Assembly (NCBI GenBank): GCA_041613315.1
Contig: JBFJHJ010000002.1
Location: forward strand, 55,756-119,755
Source: Gemmatimonadales bacterium
GTDB lineage: Bacteria > Gemmatimonadota > Gemmatimonadetes > Gemmatimonadales > GWC2-71-9
Reading direction: 5' to 3'
Length of the DNA stretch: 64,000 nt
The position numbers and the translations under genes were made by a program. Under the pieces are notes generated by a model. It was given only the letters and a program-made list of their open reading frames with translations, ran no database searches and was not told the DNA's origin. Shown piece by piece: positions 1-9,334 of this stretch. The stretch's first letter is position 1. Each line of letters opens with the position of its first letter.

Positions 1-1
1 G

Positions 2-874
2 GTGCACCGAGACCGGAAGCCGGAGCTCCTGACCGAACCCGTTCGCCACCACCTCCGTCCGCCCCGACGCCACGCCCGTCACGACCCCGTCGACGGTCAC
101 GGAGACGATGCCCGGATTGGCCGTCCCCCACGCGAGCGTCCGCGCGTCGAGGCGCCGCCGCTCCTGGGCCGGCACGATGACGCGCACGGTGTCTGACGCT
201 CCCGGCGAAATGGGAAGCCGAGAGGCTTCGAACGCCCATTCCGTGATCGCCACGTGGACCGGCACGCGCTGTGAGAGACGCCCGTCGGTCGTCCGCGCCT
301 CGATCATGCCCTGGCCGGGCGCGATGCCGATCACTCGGCCGCCTGTCGCCAGCCGGGCCACGTCCTCGCGAAAGGAGCGCCACACGAGCGGCACCGGCGC
401 CGCCGGGGAGCCGTCGTCCCGCCGGAAGATGGGCCGGAGCTGAATCGTCTCCGAGGGAAGGAGATACACCGCGGTGGGGTCGATCTGGAGAACCGTGGGG
501 GTCCCGAAGCCACTGCGCGGGCCGGCGGGGCCGCCCCCGACGGTCACGGTGAGCGTTCGTGACTGCCCGCCGGCCTGGACCTCCACCATCGCCGCACCCG
601 GCGCCAGTGCCACGACGTACGCGACGCCCGGCACGCCGGGATCGGGGTCCACGCGGACCACATGCGGGTCACTGCTGCGCCAGCGGAAGCTCGCCAGCAC
701 GATATCCCCGCGGGCATTGTACGCGGAGGCGAGCACCTCGCGTCGTTCCCCCACCGCCATCCGCAGCGACAGCGGTGTGAGATCCAGCGTTGACACGGCT
801 TGTGCGTTCGCGGGTCGCTCGGCGACGAGCGCGAGAGTGAGCGTGAGCAGCGGAGCGAGCTTGCGTCGGCGCAT
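2..874 (-). CDS. Secreted protein with tandem bacterial Ig-like (Big_2-type) domains, 3' end outside window
   Basis: Manual translation from ATG at 874: MRRRKLAPLLTLTLALVAERPANAQ signal peptide, then three Ig-like repeats (FRWRSSDPHVVRV; LVWRSFREDVARL..GRVIGIAPG; WGTANPGIVSVTVDGVVTGVASG). Open to the window edge, so absent from the ORF track. Confidence 0.8.
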   Translation of the reverse strand, partial: MRRRKLAPLLTLTLALVAERPANAQAVSTLDLTPLSLRMAVGERREVLASAYNARGDIVLASFRWRSSDPHVVRVDPDPGVPGVAYVVALAPGAAMVEVQAGGQSRTLTVTVGGGPAGPRSGFGTPTVLQIDPTAVYLLPSETIQLRPIFRRDDGSPAAPVPLVWRSFREDVARLATGGRVIGIAPGQGMIEARTTDGRLSQRVPVHVAITEWAFEASRLPISPGASDTVRVIVPAQERRRLDARTLAWGTANPGIVSVTVDGVVTGVASGRTEVVANGFGQELRLPVSVH

Positions 875-1066
875 CGGTCGGCGGCTGTGTTGCCCGTAAG
901 TCCAATCGGGAGATGAAGATATGCGATCGAACCTAGTGCCGGCAGCGCCACTGGTCAAGCCAGGCAGTCCCGCGCACCGGCGGCGCACCAACAGCGTGCA
1001 CTTGCCATCGCTCATCACGTGGAGAAAACTATAGGGCCTCAGAGTCACTCACCGGAGGAACACACG

Positions 1067-1384
1067 ATGTCGATGTCTTTCGATCCCATCGGCAGCGGAC
1101 CGGGCGGTCCGGGTATGTGGGACCCGATGCCGCTGACCCCGCCGGTTCGTCCGCCGTCCGAACCGAAAGAGGAAAAGCTGATCTGGTCCCGGCCGGAGCC
1201 GACGCCGCCACCGGCACCGGAGAAGCCGAAGCCCGCGGCCGCCCCGAAACCCAAGAAGAAGGCGGCGAAGAAGAGACGGCCCGCCGCGAAACGCAAGAAG
1301 AAGGCGGCCAAGAAGAAACGGCCGGCCAAGAAAGCGCGGAAGAAGGCGAAGAAGAAGAAGGCTGGCCGGAAGAAGCGCCGCTAG
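1067..1384 (+). CDS. Small Pro/Lys/Ala-rich basic protein (histone H1-like tail)
   Basis: GGAGG RBS at 1054-1058, ATG 1067. Pro-rich N-half; C-half is KKAAKK-type repeats with consistent AAG codons. Confidence 0.75.
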   Translation: MSMSFDPIGSGPGGPGMWDPMPLTPPVRPPSEPKEEKLIWSRPEPTPPPAPEKPKPAAAPKPKKKAAKKRRPAAKRKKKAAKKKRPAKKARKKAKKKKAGRKKRR

Positions 1385-1396
1385 GCGGCCGGGCGG

Positions 1397-3193
1397 TCAG
1401 TCAGTCTGGGGTGCCAGCCGCGCCAACACGTGGGCGCAGTTGATCAAGGCGATGTGGGTGAGTCCCTGTGGGAAGTTCCCCAGGAACGCCCCCGTCGCCG
1501 GGTCGATCTGCTCCGAGTAGAGGCCCACGTGATTGGCGCGGCTGAGCATGTGCTCGAAGATCCGCACACCCGCTGCGCGGTCCCCGATCATCGCCAGCGC
1601 CTGGGCGAGCCAGAAGCTGCCGATCGCGAACGCTCCCTCCTCTCCCTCCAGCCCGTCGGGGGCGCGATAGCGGTAGACGAGCATGCCGTCGGCCGCGGTG
1701 AGCTCCCGTGCGATCGCCCGCACGGTCGCGGCGACTCGGGGATCGTGCCGATCCAGAAAGTGCACCATGGGAATCACGAGCGCGGACGCGTCGAGATCGG
1801 TGGCGCCGTAGGCCCGGACGAACGCACCGCGTGCGGGGTCGAACCCGTGTTCGAGCACGTCGGCCCGGCAGAGGTCCGCCTCCCGTTGCCACCGCTCCGC
1901 GTCCCCTTCCAAAGCGTGGGCCGACGCGAGCTTCACCCCCCGATCCAGGGTCACCCAACACATCACCTTGCTGAAGACGTGATGCTGCGGCTCGTTGCGC
2001 ACCTCCCATAAACCGGCATCCGGGCGACGCCAATGGTCCGCCACCCAGTCGACCAGATCCCGCAGCACGCGCCACGTCCCCTCGGTGACCTCGAATAGCC
2101 GCGACCAGGTGTACGCCGTCTCCAGCACCTCGCCGTAGACGTCCAGCTGGAGCTGGTCCACCGCACCGTTCCCCACCCGTACCGGCCGCGAGCCGCGGTA
2201 GCCGCTCAGGTGGGCGAGCTCCATCTCTGGAAGCTCCCGGCGACCGTCGATCCCGTACATGATCTGGAGGTGCGGGGCGCCGCGCCGTCGGGACACGCGG
2301 CGCACGAATGCCATGAACCGGTTCGCCTCCTCGTGGTGACCCAGCGCCTGGAGACTGTAGATCGCGAAGCAGGAGTCACGGAGCCAGAAGTAGCGGTAGT
2401 CCCAGTTTCGGCCCCCGCCGATCCACTCGGGCAGGGACGTGGTCGGGGCTGCGACCATCGCACCGGTGGGCTCGTAGCACAGGAGCTTCAGCGTGATCGC
2501 CGAGCGCTCGACGGCGTCGCGGTAGGGACCGCGGTAGCGGCTCCTCGCAGCCCATTCGGTCCAAAAACGGGACACGTCGGAGAGCGCGTCGTCGCTTGCG
2601 TAGTCATCGATCGGCCGGACGTCGTCGTCGTCATCCCGCAGGACGAGGGTCAGTGTCTGCCCGCCCGCGACGCGGTGAACGGCGCGGGCAACGCCGTCGC
2701 GCAGCTCCCAGGCAAGGGGCTCCGACGTGGCGAGCGCGACCGTCCGTTCCACCCCATCCGTGGCCACGATCCCGTGTCGGCGACGCTCGAACGCGGCGGC
2801 GCGGGTGCCGTAGGCAAACCGGGGCTCCAGCAAGACGTCGATCTGGACCATTCCCCGGGTGCACGCGATCCGCCGGTGGATCTCGGACGGGTCGCCGGGA
2901 CGGCGGACCGTCGGAACGGGCATGAAGTCCGTGACCACGGCATGCCCCTCGGGTCCCGCGAAGGTGGTCTCGAGTACGGCGGTCCGCGGCACATAACGCT
3001 GGACGCCGCGATCGGCGCCAACCGACCGCACCTGGAAGCGTCCGCCCCGGCCGTCATCCAGGAGCGCGCCGAAGATGGTGGGGCTGTCGAACCGCGGCAG
3101 GCAGCACCAATCGATCGAGCCGTTCACGCCCACGAGCGCGGCCGTGCGAAGATCGCCGATCAAGCCGTAGGCGGCGATGTCCAGTGTCGTCAT
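1397..3193 (-). CDS. Glycoside hydrolase family 15 (trehalase/glucoamylase-like)
   Basis: YGLIGDLRTAALV..GSIDWCCLPRFDSP, AAPTTSLPE..RNWDYRYFWLRD, SEQID..LGNFPQGLTH motifs. Start taken at MTTLD (3193). Confidence 0.93.
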   Translation of the reverse strand: MTTLDIAAYGLIGDLRTAALVGVNGSIDWCCLPRFDSPTIFGALLDDGRGGRFQVRSVGADRGVQRYVPRTAVLETTFAGPEGHAVVTDFMPVPTVRRPGDPSEIHRRIACTRGMVQIDVLLEPRFAYGTRAAAFERRRHGIVATDGVERTVALATSEPLAWELRDGVARAVHRVAGGQTLTLVLRDDDDDVRPIDDYASDDALSDVSRFWTEWAARSRYRGPYRDAVERSAITLKLLCYEPTGAMVAAPTTSLPEWIGGGRNWDYRYFWLRDSCFAIYSLQALGHHEEANRFMAFVRRVSRRRGAPHLQIMYGIDGRRELPEMELAHLSGYRGSRPVRVGNGAVDQLQLDVYGEVLETAYTWSRLFEVTEGTWRVLRDLVDWVADHWRRPDAGLWEVRNEPQHHVFSKVMCWVTLDRGVKLASAHALEGDAERWQREADLCRADVLEHGFDPARGAFVRAYGATDLDASALVIPMVHFLDRHDPRVAATVRAIARELTAADGMLVYRYRAPDGLEGEEGAFAIGSFWLAQALAMIGDRAAGVRIFEHMLSRANHVGLYSEQIDPATGAFLGNFPQGLTHIALINCAHVLARLAPQTD

Positions 3194-3288
3194 CGGACAC
3201 GCGCGCGCGCCGACCGGCGCGCGGGAAGGCTTGCGTTCAAAAGGGGCATGGCTACGTTCGTCTGACCGCCGACACGGAGTCCAAGATA

Positions 3289-3729
3289 ATGGCGCGTTGC
3301 ATGGTGACGGTACTCGTCCTCGCCGCGTGTACCGCATCCCCGCCCGTCGGAGAGCTCGCCACAACCGTCCAGACGATGCTCACCGCCTCCGCCGACGCGT
3401 GGAATCGCGGCGACCTGACCGCGTTCGTCGCGGATTACGCCGACGACTCTGCCACGAGCTTCGTCGCTGGTGGCCGCGTCCATTACGGTACGGACTGGAT
3501 CCGGGATAACTATGCACCACGCTTCGCGCCGGGCGCCGCGCGGGACTCGCTCCGCTTCGAGGCCGTGGCCGCGCGCCCGCTCGGTGGGGGGTATGCGCTC
3601 GTGACCGCGCGCTACGTGCTCTTCCAAGGCGAGGCGACGACGAGCAGCGGGCCGTTCACCCTCGTCTTGCAGCGCCGGGACCGCGGCTGGCGGATCATTC
3701 ATGATCACACCTCCCGCGATCCTGAGTAG
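3289..3729 (+). CDS. NTF2/SnoaL-like (DUF4440-type) lipoprotein
   Basis: LAAC lipobox; AWNRGDL..F...Y and GWRIIHDHTS C-terminal motif. Confidence 0.8.
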   Translation: MARCMVTVLVLAACTASPPVGELATTVQTMLTASADAWNRGDLTAFVADYADDSATSFVAGGRVHYGTDWIRDNYAPRFAPGAARDSLRFEAVAARPLGGGYALVTARYVLFQGEATTSSGPFTLVLQRRDRGWRIIHDHTSRDPE

Positions 3730-5068
3730 CCGCGGCGTCTGCGCCGCGCTACTCGCCACCCTCGTCGCCTGTGGCAGCCCCGGAGCCGGCAAGATCGCGT
3801 TTGTCGGCGGCAGCCTGTTCGACGGAACGGGCGCGCCACCCGTCTTGGACGCCGTCGTGATCGTCGCCGGCGACCGGATCGAGGCGGTGGGCCCGCCCGA
3901 TCTGGTATCGGTCCCGCGGGGCGCGCAGGAGGTCCGCGTGGACGGTAAGTGGATCATCCCCGGGCTCATCGACGCCCACGTGCATGCCGAGCGCTGGATG
4001 ATGAGCCGGTTTCTGGCGTATGGGGTGACGACCGTCCGGGACGCGGGCGGCGCGGCGCCGGCGATCTACCTGCTGCGGGACTCGGTCTCGCTCCGCGTCA
4101 TCGCCGGCCCGACGATGTACATCTCCGGTCCCGTGATCGACGGGGCGCCCGCCACGAGGTCGGACGCGGTGGAGGTGCGGAGCGCGCGGCAAGCTCGGCG
4201 AGCGGTGGACGAGATCGTCCTCGCGAACGCCCAGCAGGCCAAGATCTCCAGCAAGCTTACGCGCACCTTGCTGACGCCGCTCATGGACGAAGCGACCACG
4301 CTCAACACCCCGGTCATGGCGCATCTCGGCAAGGTGGACGCCGTCACCGCGGCTCGGCTCGGCGTGCGCTCCATCGAGCATCTGACCGGCGTGGTGGAGG
4401 CGAGCGTCGCCAACCCGGGCCCGTTGATCGACGCCCACGATGACTACTATCGTGGGTGGACGCTCGTCGGCCGCGCGTGGGCCGAGCTGGACTCCGCGGT
4501 GCTGGACCGCACGGCACGGCGCCTGGCCTCCTCCGGCATCGCCATGGTCCCCACCTTGGTGCTGCACGAAGCGTTCAGCCGGCTCGACGACCCGGGGTAC
4601 GCGCGAAGACTCGACCTGAGCGGCGTCCCGGCCGACGTGCAGCGCGCCTGGGGCGTCCCACGGCTGATCACTCGCGCCGGGCTCACCCCCGGAGTCGTCG
4701 TGGCGCTTCGCCGAGGACGCAGCAACCAGAACCGCTTCCTGCGCCTGTTCATGCGAGCGGGCGGGCTCGTGGGCGCCGGCACGGACACGCCGCAACCGCT
4801 CCTCGCCCCGGGCGCCAGCCTGCACGAGGAACTCGCGCTGCTCGTCCAAGCAGGGCTTTCGCCGGAGCAGGCGCTCCTCGCAGCCACTCGGGAGAACGCG
4901 CGGCTTCTGGGTGCCGACTCGCTTGGGGTCGTCCAGCCAGGCAAGCTGGCGGACTTCGTGGTGACCAACAGCAGCCCGCTCGCCGACATCCGGAACACCA
5001 GCGCCGTGTACATGGTGGTCTCGCGAGGCGCCATCTACCGACCGGAGGACTTGAAGCAGGGATGGTGA
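3701..5068 (+). CDS. Amidohydrolase family metal-dependent hydrolase (probable lipoprotein)
   Basis: PGLIDAHVH, GVTTVRD, SIEH, GTD and GKLADFVV motifs; LVAC lipobox. Confidence 0.88.
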   Translation: MITPPAILSSRGVCAALLATLVACGSPGAGKIAFVGGSLFDGTGAPPVLDAVVIVAGDRIEAVGPPDLVSVPRGAQEVRVDGKWIIPGLIDAHVHAERWMMSRFLAYGVTTVRDAGGAAPAIYLLRDSVSLRVIAGPTMYISGPVIDGAPATRSDAVEVRSARQARRAVDEIVLANAQQAKISSKLTRTLLTPLMDEATTLNTPVMAHLGKVDAVTAARLGVRSIEHLTGVVEASVANPGPLIDAHDDYYRGWTLVGRAWAELDSAVLDRTARRLASSGIAMVPTLVLHEAFSRLDDPGYARRLDLSGVPADVQRAWGVPRLITRAGLTPGVVVALRRGRSNQNRFLRLFMRAGGLVGAGTDTPQPLLAPGASLHEELALLVQAGLSPEQALLAATRENARLLGADSLGVVQPGKLADFVVTNSSPLADIRNTSAVYMVVSRGAIYRPEDLKQGW

Positions 5069-5124
5069 CACCGCCTGGCGCCGACCGGTGCGGGCACGGG
5101 CGCCGGAGTCGGCGACCGCAGGAG

Positions 5125-5197
5125 CTGGGGCGGCAGGACTCGAACCTGCAACCTCCCGGTTAACAGCCGGGCGCTCTGCCAGTTGAGCTACACCCCA
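5125..5197 (-). tRNA. tRNA-Asn (anticodon GTT), CCA not encoded
   Basis: Reverse complement TGGGGTG-TAGCTCAACTGGCAGAGC-G-CCCGG-CTGTTAA-CCGGG-AGGTT-GCAGG-TTCGAGT-CCTGC-CGCCCCA-G folds into a canonical cloverleaf. Confidence 0.97.
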
Positions 5198-5432
5198 GAG
5201 CCACCCCACCCAACCCCCCGTGATGGAGCCGGACACGGACGGCGAGGAAGCGGGTCGGACCGCCGCCGGTTGGCGAGCGGGAGCCTGAATCTAGGGCCAC
5301 GCGGCCCGCCCCGGCCAACCCCCGCTCCCTCGCCGCCACCTGACCCCCGCGATCGGCCGCCCCTCCCCCCCCGGCCCACCGACACTGGGGGAGGTGCGGC
5401 GGCCCGGTTCCGATGGCATCTTTAAGGGCATC

Positions 5433-6335
5433 ATGCCTGCTGTCGCTCAGACCGACGTCCGTGACGCGATCCACCGGCTCGCCGAGTTCTTCCGCGGCCG
5501 CCAGACCCGCGCGGGGCTCCTCGCGCGGCGTCTGCTGCGGCGGCCCGCACCGGACGACCTCCAGCTCGCGGACCACCTCGTTCGGGAGCGCCGGCGCAAG
5601 AGCCGCATGAACGGGAGCATCGCCGGCTCCTTGGTCCAGACGGCGTGGACCACCTGGGAGTTTCTGGAGCTGGACTGCCCGACCGATCACGCGGCCGTGG
5701 TGCGCACCCTCGGTTACGTGCTCGCCCAGCAGGACCGCCCCGGACACTTTGGGGAGGGCTGTGATCCGACGCGCCATGAGGCGCGACTCTGCCGTCACCA
5801 CGTGAGCGGGTTTTTTTCCCCCGGATCGCAAGACGAGACCGTCGCGCCGCTCAGCTTTCCGTCGGGCGTGGTAACGGAGCGTGATCCCGACGCCCGGTTC
5901 GCCGCCAGCTGCTTCGCGCTCCGGGTCGTGCTGTGGGCGCGGGAGGACCGGCGCGAGGGGGTGCGCCGACACATAGAGAGTCTGCTCGCGATGCCGGGGC
6001 TCTGGGATGGCGCGGGCGGCCCCTGGTCGCCGGACTTGGTCTTCTTCGCGCTCGGCGCACTGGCACTCGCTCCGCTCGAGTACCGGGACCGGCTCACGGA
6101 ACGGAGCGAGCAGGTGTTGGCACGGCAGGACCCGGACGGCCGCTGGGCGGGGGCATCGCTGTTCCACGCGCTCGACATGCTCTGGTCGGTTCCCGCGGCC
6201 CCGGCGCGGGAGGCGCTGCGGCGGGCCGTGCCGCTCATCTGCGGGCTGCAGCGGGAGGACGGCACGTTCGACGAGGGCGGACACGAGGAAGTGGCCATCA
6301 TCGGGCTACGGGCGCTGAGCCTCGCTCAGGCGTAG
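5433..6335 (+). CDS. Hypothetical alpha/alpha-barrel protein with prenyltransferase/squalene-cyclase QW-like repeats
   Basis: Three QxxxGx[FW] motifs: VLAQQDRPGHF, VLARQDPDGRW, ICGLQREDGTF. Confidence 0.65.
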   Translation: MPAVAQTDVRDAIHRLAEFFRGRQTRAGLLARRLLRRPAPDDLQLADHLVRERRRKSRMNGSIAGSLVQTAWTTWEFLELDCPTDHAAVVRTLGYVLAQQDRPGHFGEGCDPTRHEARLCRHHVSGFFSPGSQDETVAPLSFPSGVVTERDPDARFAASCFALRVVLWAREDRREGVRRHIESLLAMPGLWDGAGGPWSPDLVFFALGALALAPLEYRDRLTERSEQVLARQDPDGRWAGASLFHALDMLWSVPAAPAREALRRAVPLICGLQREDGTFDEGGHEEVAIIGLRALSLAQA

Positions 6336-6339
6336 TGGC

Positions 6340-7041
6340 TCAGGCCGACAGCGTCGCAACGGCCAGGACCACCCACCACGCCCCGACGCCGAGGCTGGCG
6401 GCGGCCGTGACCCGGGCGAGGGCCCGCGCCAGCACGACCGACCGTGCGGCCCGCCCAACCGCGATGGCTGCCAATGCAGCGTAGCATCCCATGCCGACGA
6501 TTGTCCCCACCCCGAACGCCACGAGGTAGCCGAGTGCCGCCCAGGGATTGGGAAGGAGGGTGACGGGAATGAGCGCCGCCACGGGTGCCGTCCCCGCGAG
6601 GCCATGGACGGCCCCGACGGCGGCGGCGAGGTGGCGGTGACGCCGCTCGGGATCCACGTGATGGTGCGCGTGGGGGTGGACACCGGGCGGATGCGCATGG
6701 AGGTGGGTGTGGCCGCCGTGCCGCTCCGGGTCGTGGACGTGGAGGCGGCCGGCGGCGCGCAGCGCCCAGAGACCGAGCCCGATCAGCGTGACGCCGACCG
6801 CTACCTCGGCCCAGCCGTGAGCGCTGTCGGGCAGGCGAAGGCCGGACCAGGCCAGCAGGGCGCCGAACACCAGAACGGCGCCGGCGTGTCCGAGACCCCA
6901 CCGGATGCCGAACGCCGCCGCGGCGACGACCCGAGGCCGGGCACCCACGAACGCCGTGACGGCGACCATGTGGTCCACCTCGAGCGCGTGCGACGCGCCG
7001 AGCGCAACGGCGGCCGCGTAGGCCGCAGCGAGTTCACCCAT
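6340..7041 (-). CDS. Nickel/cobalt transporter-like membrane protein (NiCoT/UreH family)
   Basis: HALEVDH signature, WGLGH, His-rich loop HVHDPERHGGHTHLHAH, VHGLAGT; several TM helices. Confidence 0.85.
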   Translation of the reverse strand: MGELAAAYAAAVALGASHALEVDHMVAVTAFVGARPRVVAAAAFGIRWGLGHAGAVLVFGALLAWSGLRLPDSAHGWAEVAVGVTLIGLGLWALRAAGRLHVHDPERHGGHTHLHAHPPGVHPHAHHHVDPERRHRHLAAAVGAVHGLAGTAPVAALIPVTLLPNPWAALGYLVAFGVGTIVGMGCYAALAAIAVGRAARSVVLARALARVTAAASLGVGAWWVVLAVATLSA

Positions 7042-7065
7042 GGCACTCCGAACAGGAGGACGGTG

Positions 7066-8148
7066 ATGTCGGGCACCCCGCGGGACGAGCGGGCGCGCAT
7101 ACGGCTCACAGCCCTGTCGCACGGCGCCGGTTGAGCCTGTAAACTCGGCCCGGCCGAGCTGGCGCAGGTCTTGCGCCACCTCCCGGCGGTGAGCGACCCG
7201 CGCGTGCTGGTCGCCGCCGCGACGCGCGACGACGCCGCAGTCTACCGGATCTCCGACGACCGCGCCGTGGTGGCGACGGTGGACTTTTTCACGCCGATCG
7301 TGGATGACGCCTACGCGTTCGGCGCCATCGCCGCGGCGAACGCGTTCAGCGATCTGTACGCGATGGGCGCGACGCCGCTGTTTGCGCTCAATCTAGTGGG
7401 GTGGCCACGGACGCCCGCAATGTTGGCGCTGTTGCAGGACACCGTGCGGGGCAGCGTGGACGTGGCGCGTGAGGCCGGCGCGTTCATCGTGGGCGGCCAC
7501 TCGATCGACGATGCCGAGCCCAAGTTCGGCTTGGTGGCCGTGGGAGAGGTCCACCCCGACCGGATCATCAGTATCGCCGGCGCGAAACCGGGTGACCGGC
7601 TGATCCTGACCAAGCCGATCGGCACCGGGATCCTGAGCACCGCGTTGAAGCGTGATCTCCTCGCGGAGGCCGACTTGGAGCCGGCGGTCCGGATCATGAC
7701 GACGCTCAACGCCGGGGCGATGCGGGCGATGCGGGCGGTGGGAGATGCGGTGCACGCGGCGACGGATGTGACGGGATTCGGGCTCGTGGGCCATCTGCGG
7801 AACATGGTCGCGGCCAGCCGTGTCGGTGCCCGGATCGTGGCCGGGAGCGTCCCCGTGCTCGAGCGGGTAGCGGCGCTCGCCGCGCGGGGCGCCGTGCCCG
7901 GCGGTTCGGAGCGTAACGCCGAAGCCGCGGGCGAGTATACGGTGTGGGGAGACGACGTGGACGCAACCATGCGTACGATCGTGTGCGACGCCCAGACGTC
8001 GGGCGGGCTGCTCATTGCGGTGGCACCGGAAGCAACCGACGCTCTGGTGCGCGCGCTGGAAGCCGAGGCAGCTCCGGCGGCGGCGGTCATCGGCGAAATC
8101 GTGGCGGACGCCGAGGGTCGCATCGAGGTGGTGGGGTCACGTGGGTAA
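7066..8148 (+). CDS. selD: Selenide, water dikinase (selenophosphate synthetase), selenocysteine-containing
   Basis: AGGAGG RBS, ATG 7066, RIRLTALSHGAG-UGA(7132-7134)-ACKLGP in frame with the 7171..8148 ORF (DDAAVY, TVDFFTPIVDD, GGHSIDD, TDVTGFGL, DAQTSGGLL). Confidence 0.95.
7144..7158 (+). promoter_or_regulatory. Candidate bacterial SECIS hairpin
   Basis: CTCGGC-CCG-GCCGAG stem-loop starting 10 nt after the in-frame UGA, with G in the loop. Confidence 0.6.
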
Positions 8149-8749
8149 GGGACCTCTGCCGCTCGCCGTCGTCCACGCGGACGAGAGCTGCCTGGGCAAC
8201 GGTCGCGACGGTAAGACTCCGGGCGGCGCGGCCTCGCTCATCGAGGCGCGAGACCGCGGCGGCAGGATCGTACGACGCGACCTCTTCATCTCCGCGCCGG
8301 ACACGACCAACAACAAGATGGCGCTCAACGGGGCCATTGCCACTTTTGCGCTGCTCTCCGCCAAGGGCCGCCGGTTCCGCGTGGCGTTCCATTCGGACTC
8401 ACAGTATCTCGTGAAGGGGATGCGCGAGTGGGTACCCGGTTGGCGGGCCCGGGGCTGGCGGCGCAAAGGGGGCCAGGTGCAGAACCTCGAGCTGTGGCGC
8501 AAACTGGTCGAAGCGACCGCCGACCACGAGCCCACCTGGATCTGGGTGGAGGGTCACGCCGGGCACATGAAGAACGAGTACGCGAACGATCTGGCGATCC
8601 GCGCGGCGACCGAGCAGGTCACCTCGCCCGGCCTCGTGCCTTCGGCCCTCGACGCGTGGCTAGCGCAGCGCCGAGAGCGGGGACAGTACACCGATCACGA
8701 TCCCGACCGGGAGTTCGCCGCCGTGGAAGCGAAGCTGGGCAGCGCGTGA
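8141..8749 (+). CDS. rnhA: Ribonuclease HI (variant active site)
   Basis: DESCLGNG, TTNNKMAL, DSQYLVKG, W..GW+RKGG.VQNLELW, WVEGHAGH..NEYANDLA. GTG start overlaps the selD stop. Confidence 0.88.
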   Translation: MGKGPLPLAVVHADESCLGNGRDGKTPGGAASLIEARDRGGRIVRRDLFISAPDTTNNKMALNGAIATFALLSAKGRRFRVAFHSDSQYLVKGMREWVPGWRARGWRRKGGQVQNLELWRKLVEATADHEPTWIWVEGHAGHMKNEYANDLAIRAATEQVTSPGLVPSALDAWLAQRRERGQYTDHDPDREFAAVEAKLGSA

Positions 8750-8793
8750 GCTCCGCCACAAGAGGCCGACGCAACAGCCCCGAGGAAGGGAGA

Positions 8794-9318
8794 ATGGGAT
8801 TTCCCAAGGGGGGAGGCGGGGCGTTTCCCAAAGATGGCGTGAGCGCGAACACGCACCCGCTCAACCTCGCGGTGGCGCCCGTGAACGCTGAGCCGGAACG
8901 GATCCCCCTGTTCGAGGTGTACATGCGAATGGCGGAGGAACTGGCAAAACGATCCACCTGTGCCCGGCTGCAGGTCGGCACCGTGATCACCGATCAGCAG
9001 CTCGAGAACGTCGTCGCCATCGGATACAACGGCAACGCACGGGGGCTGCCGAACCGGTGCGACAGCCGGGCGCCCGGTAATTGCGGCTGCATTCACTCCG
9101 AGGTCAACGCGCTCGTGAAGGCGCCCGGCGACATGCGCGACAAGGTCGTGTTCGTGACCGACAGCCCGTGTACGATGTGCGCCAAGCTCATGATCAACTC
9201 CGGAGTGAGCCACGTGTTCTTCCGCCGGGTTTACCGCGATCCCAGTGGCGTCGAGTTATTGGCCGGAGCCGGCGTCACCCCGGTGCCGTACGATCGCTGG
9301 CTCGACGCCTGGCGTTGA
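8794..9318 (+). CDS. dCMP deaminase / ComEB-family zinc deaminase
   Basis: RSTCARLQVG, GYNG, HSEVNAL, PCTMCAK. Start uncertain (ATG 8794 or GTG 8839). Confidence 0.88.
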   Translation: MGFPKGGGGAFPKDGVSANTHPLNLAVAPVNAEPERIPLFEVYMRMAEELAKRSTCARLQVGTVITDQQLENVVAIGYNGNARGLPNRCDSRAPGNCGCIHSEVNALVKAPGDMRDKVVFVTDSPCTMCAKLMINSGVSHVFFRRVYRDPSGVELLAGAGVTPVPYDRWLDAWR

Positions 9319-9334
9319 GCGGCGGAGCGACACC

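Noticed and set aside
5069..5432. tRNA-Asn as integration site of a genomic island
   Set aside because: No integrase and no duplicated tRNA 3' end seen in the window.
7171..8148. selD as a truncated gene or nonsense pseudogene
   Set aside because: The UGA sits at the catalytic position with RBS, intact N-terminus and downstream hairpin, so Sec recoding is the better explanation.
8800..8831. TTTCCCAA direct repeat upstream of or inside the dCMP deaminase gene
   Set aside because: Only two 8-nt copies 24 bp apart, in frame (FPK..FPK); no match to an operator I recognise.
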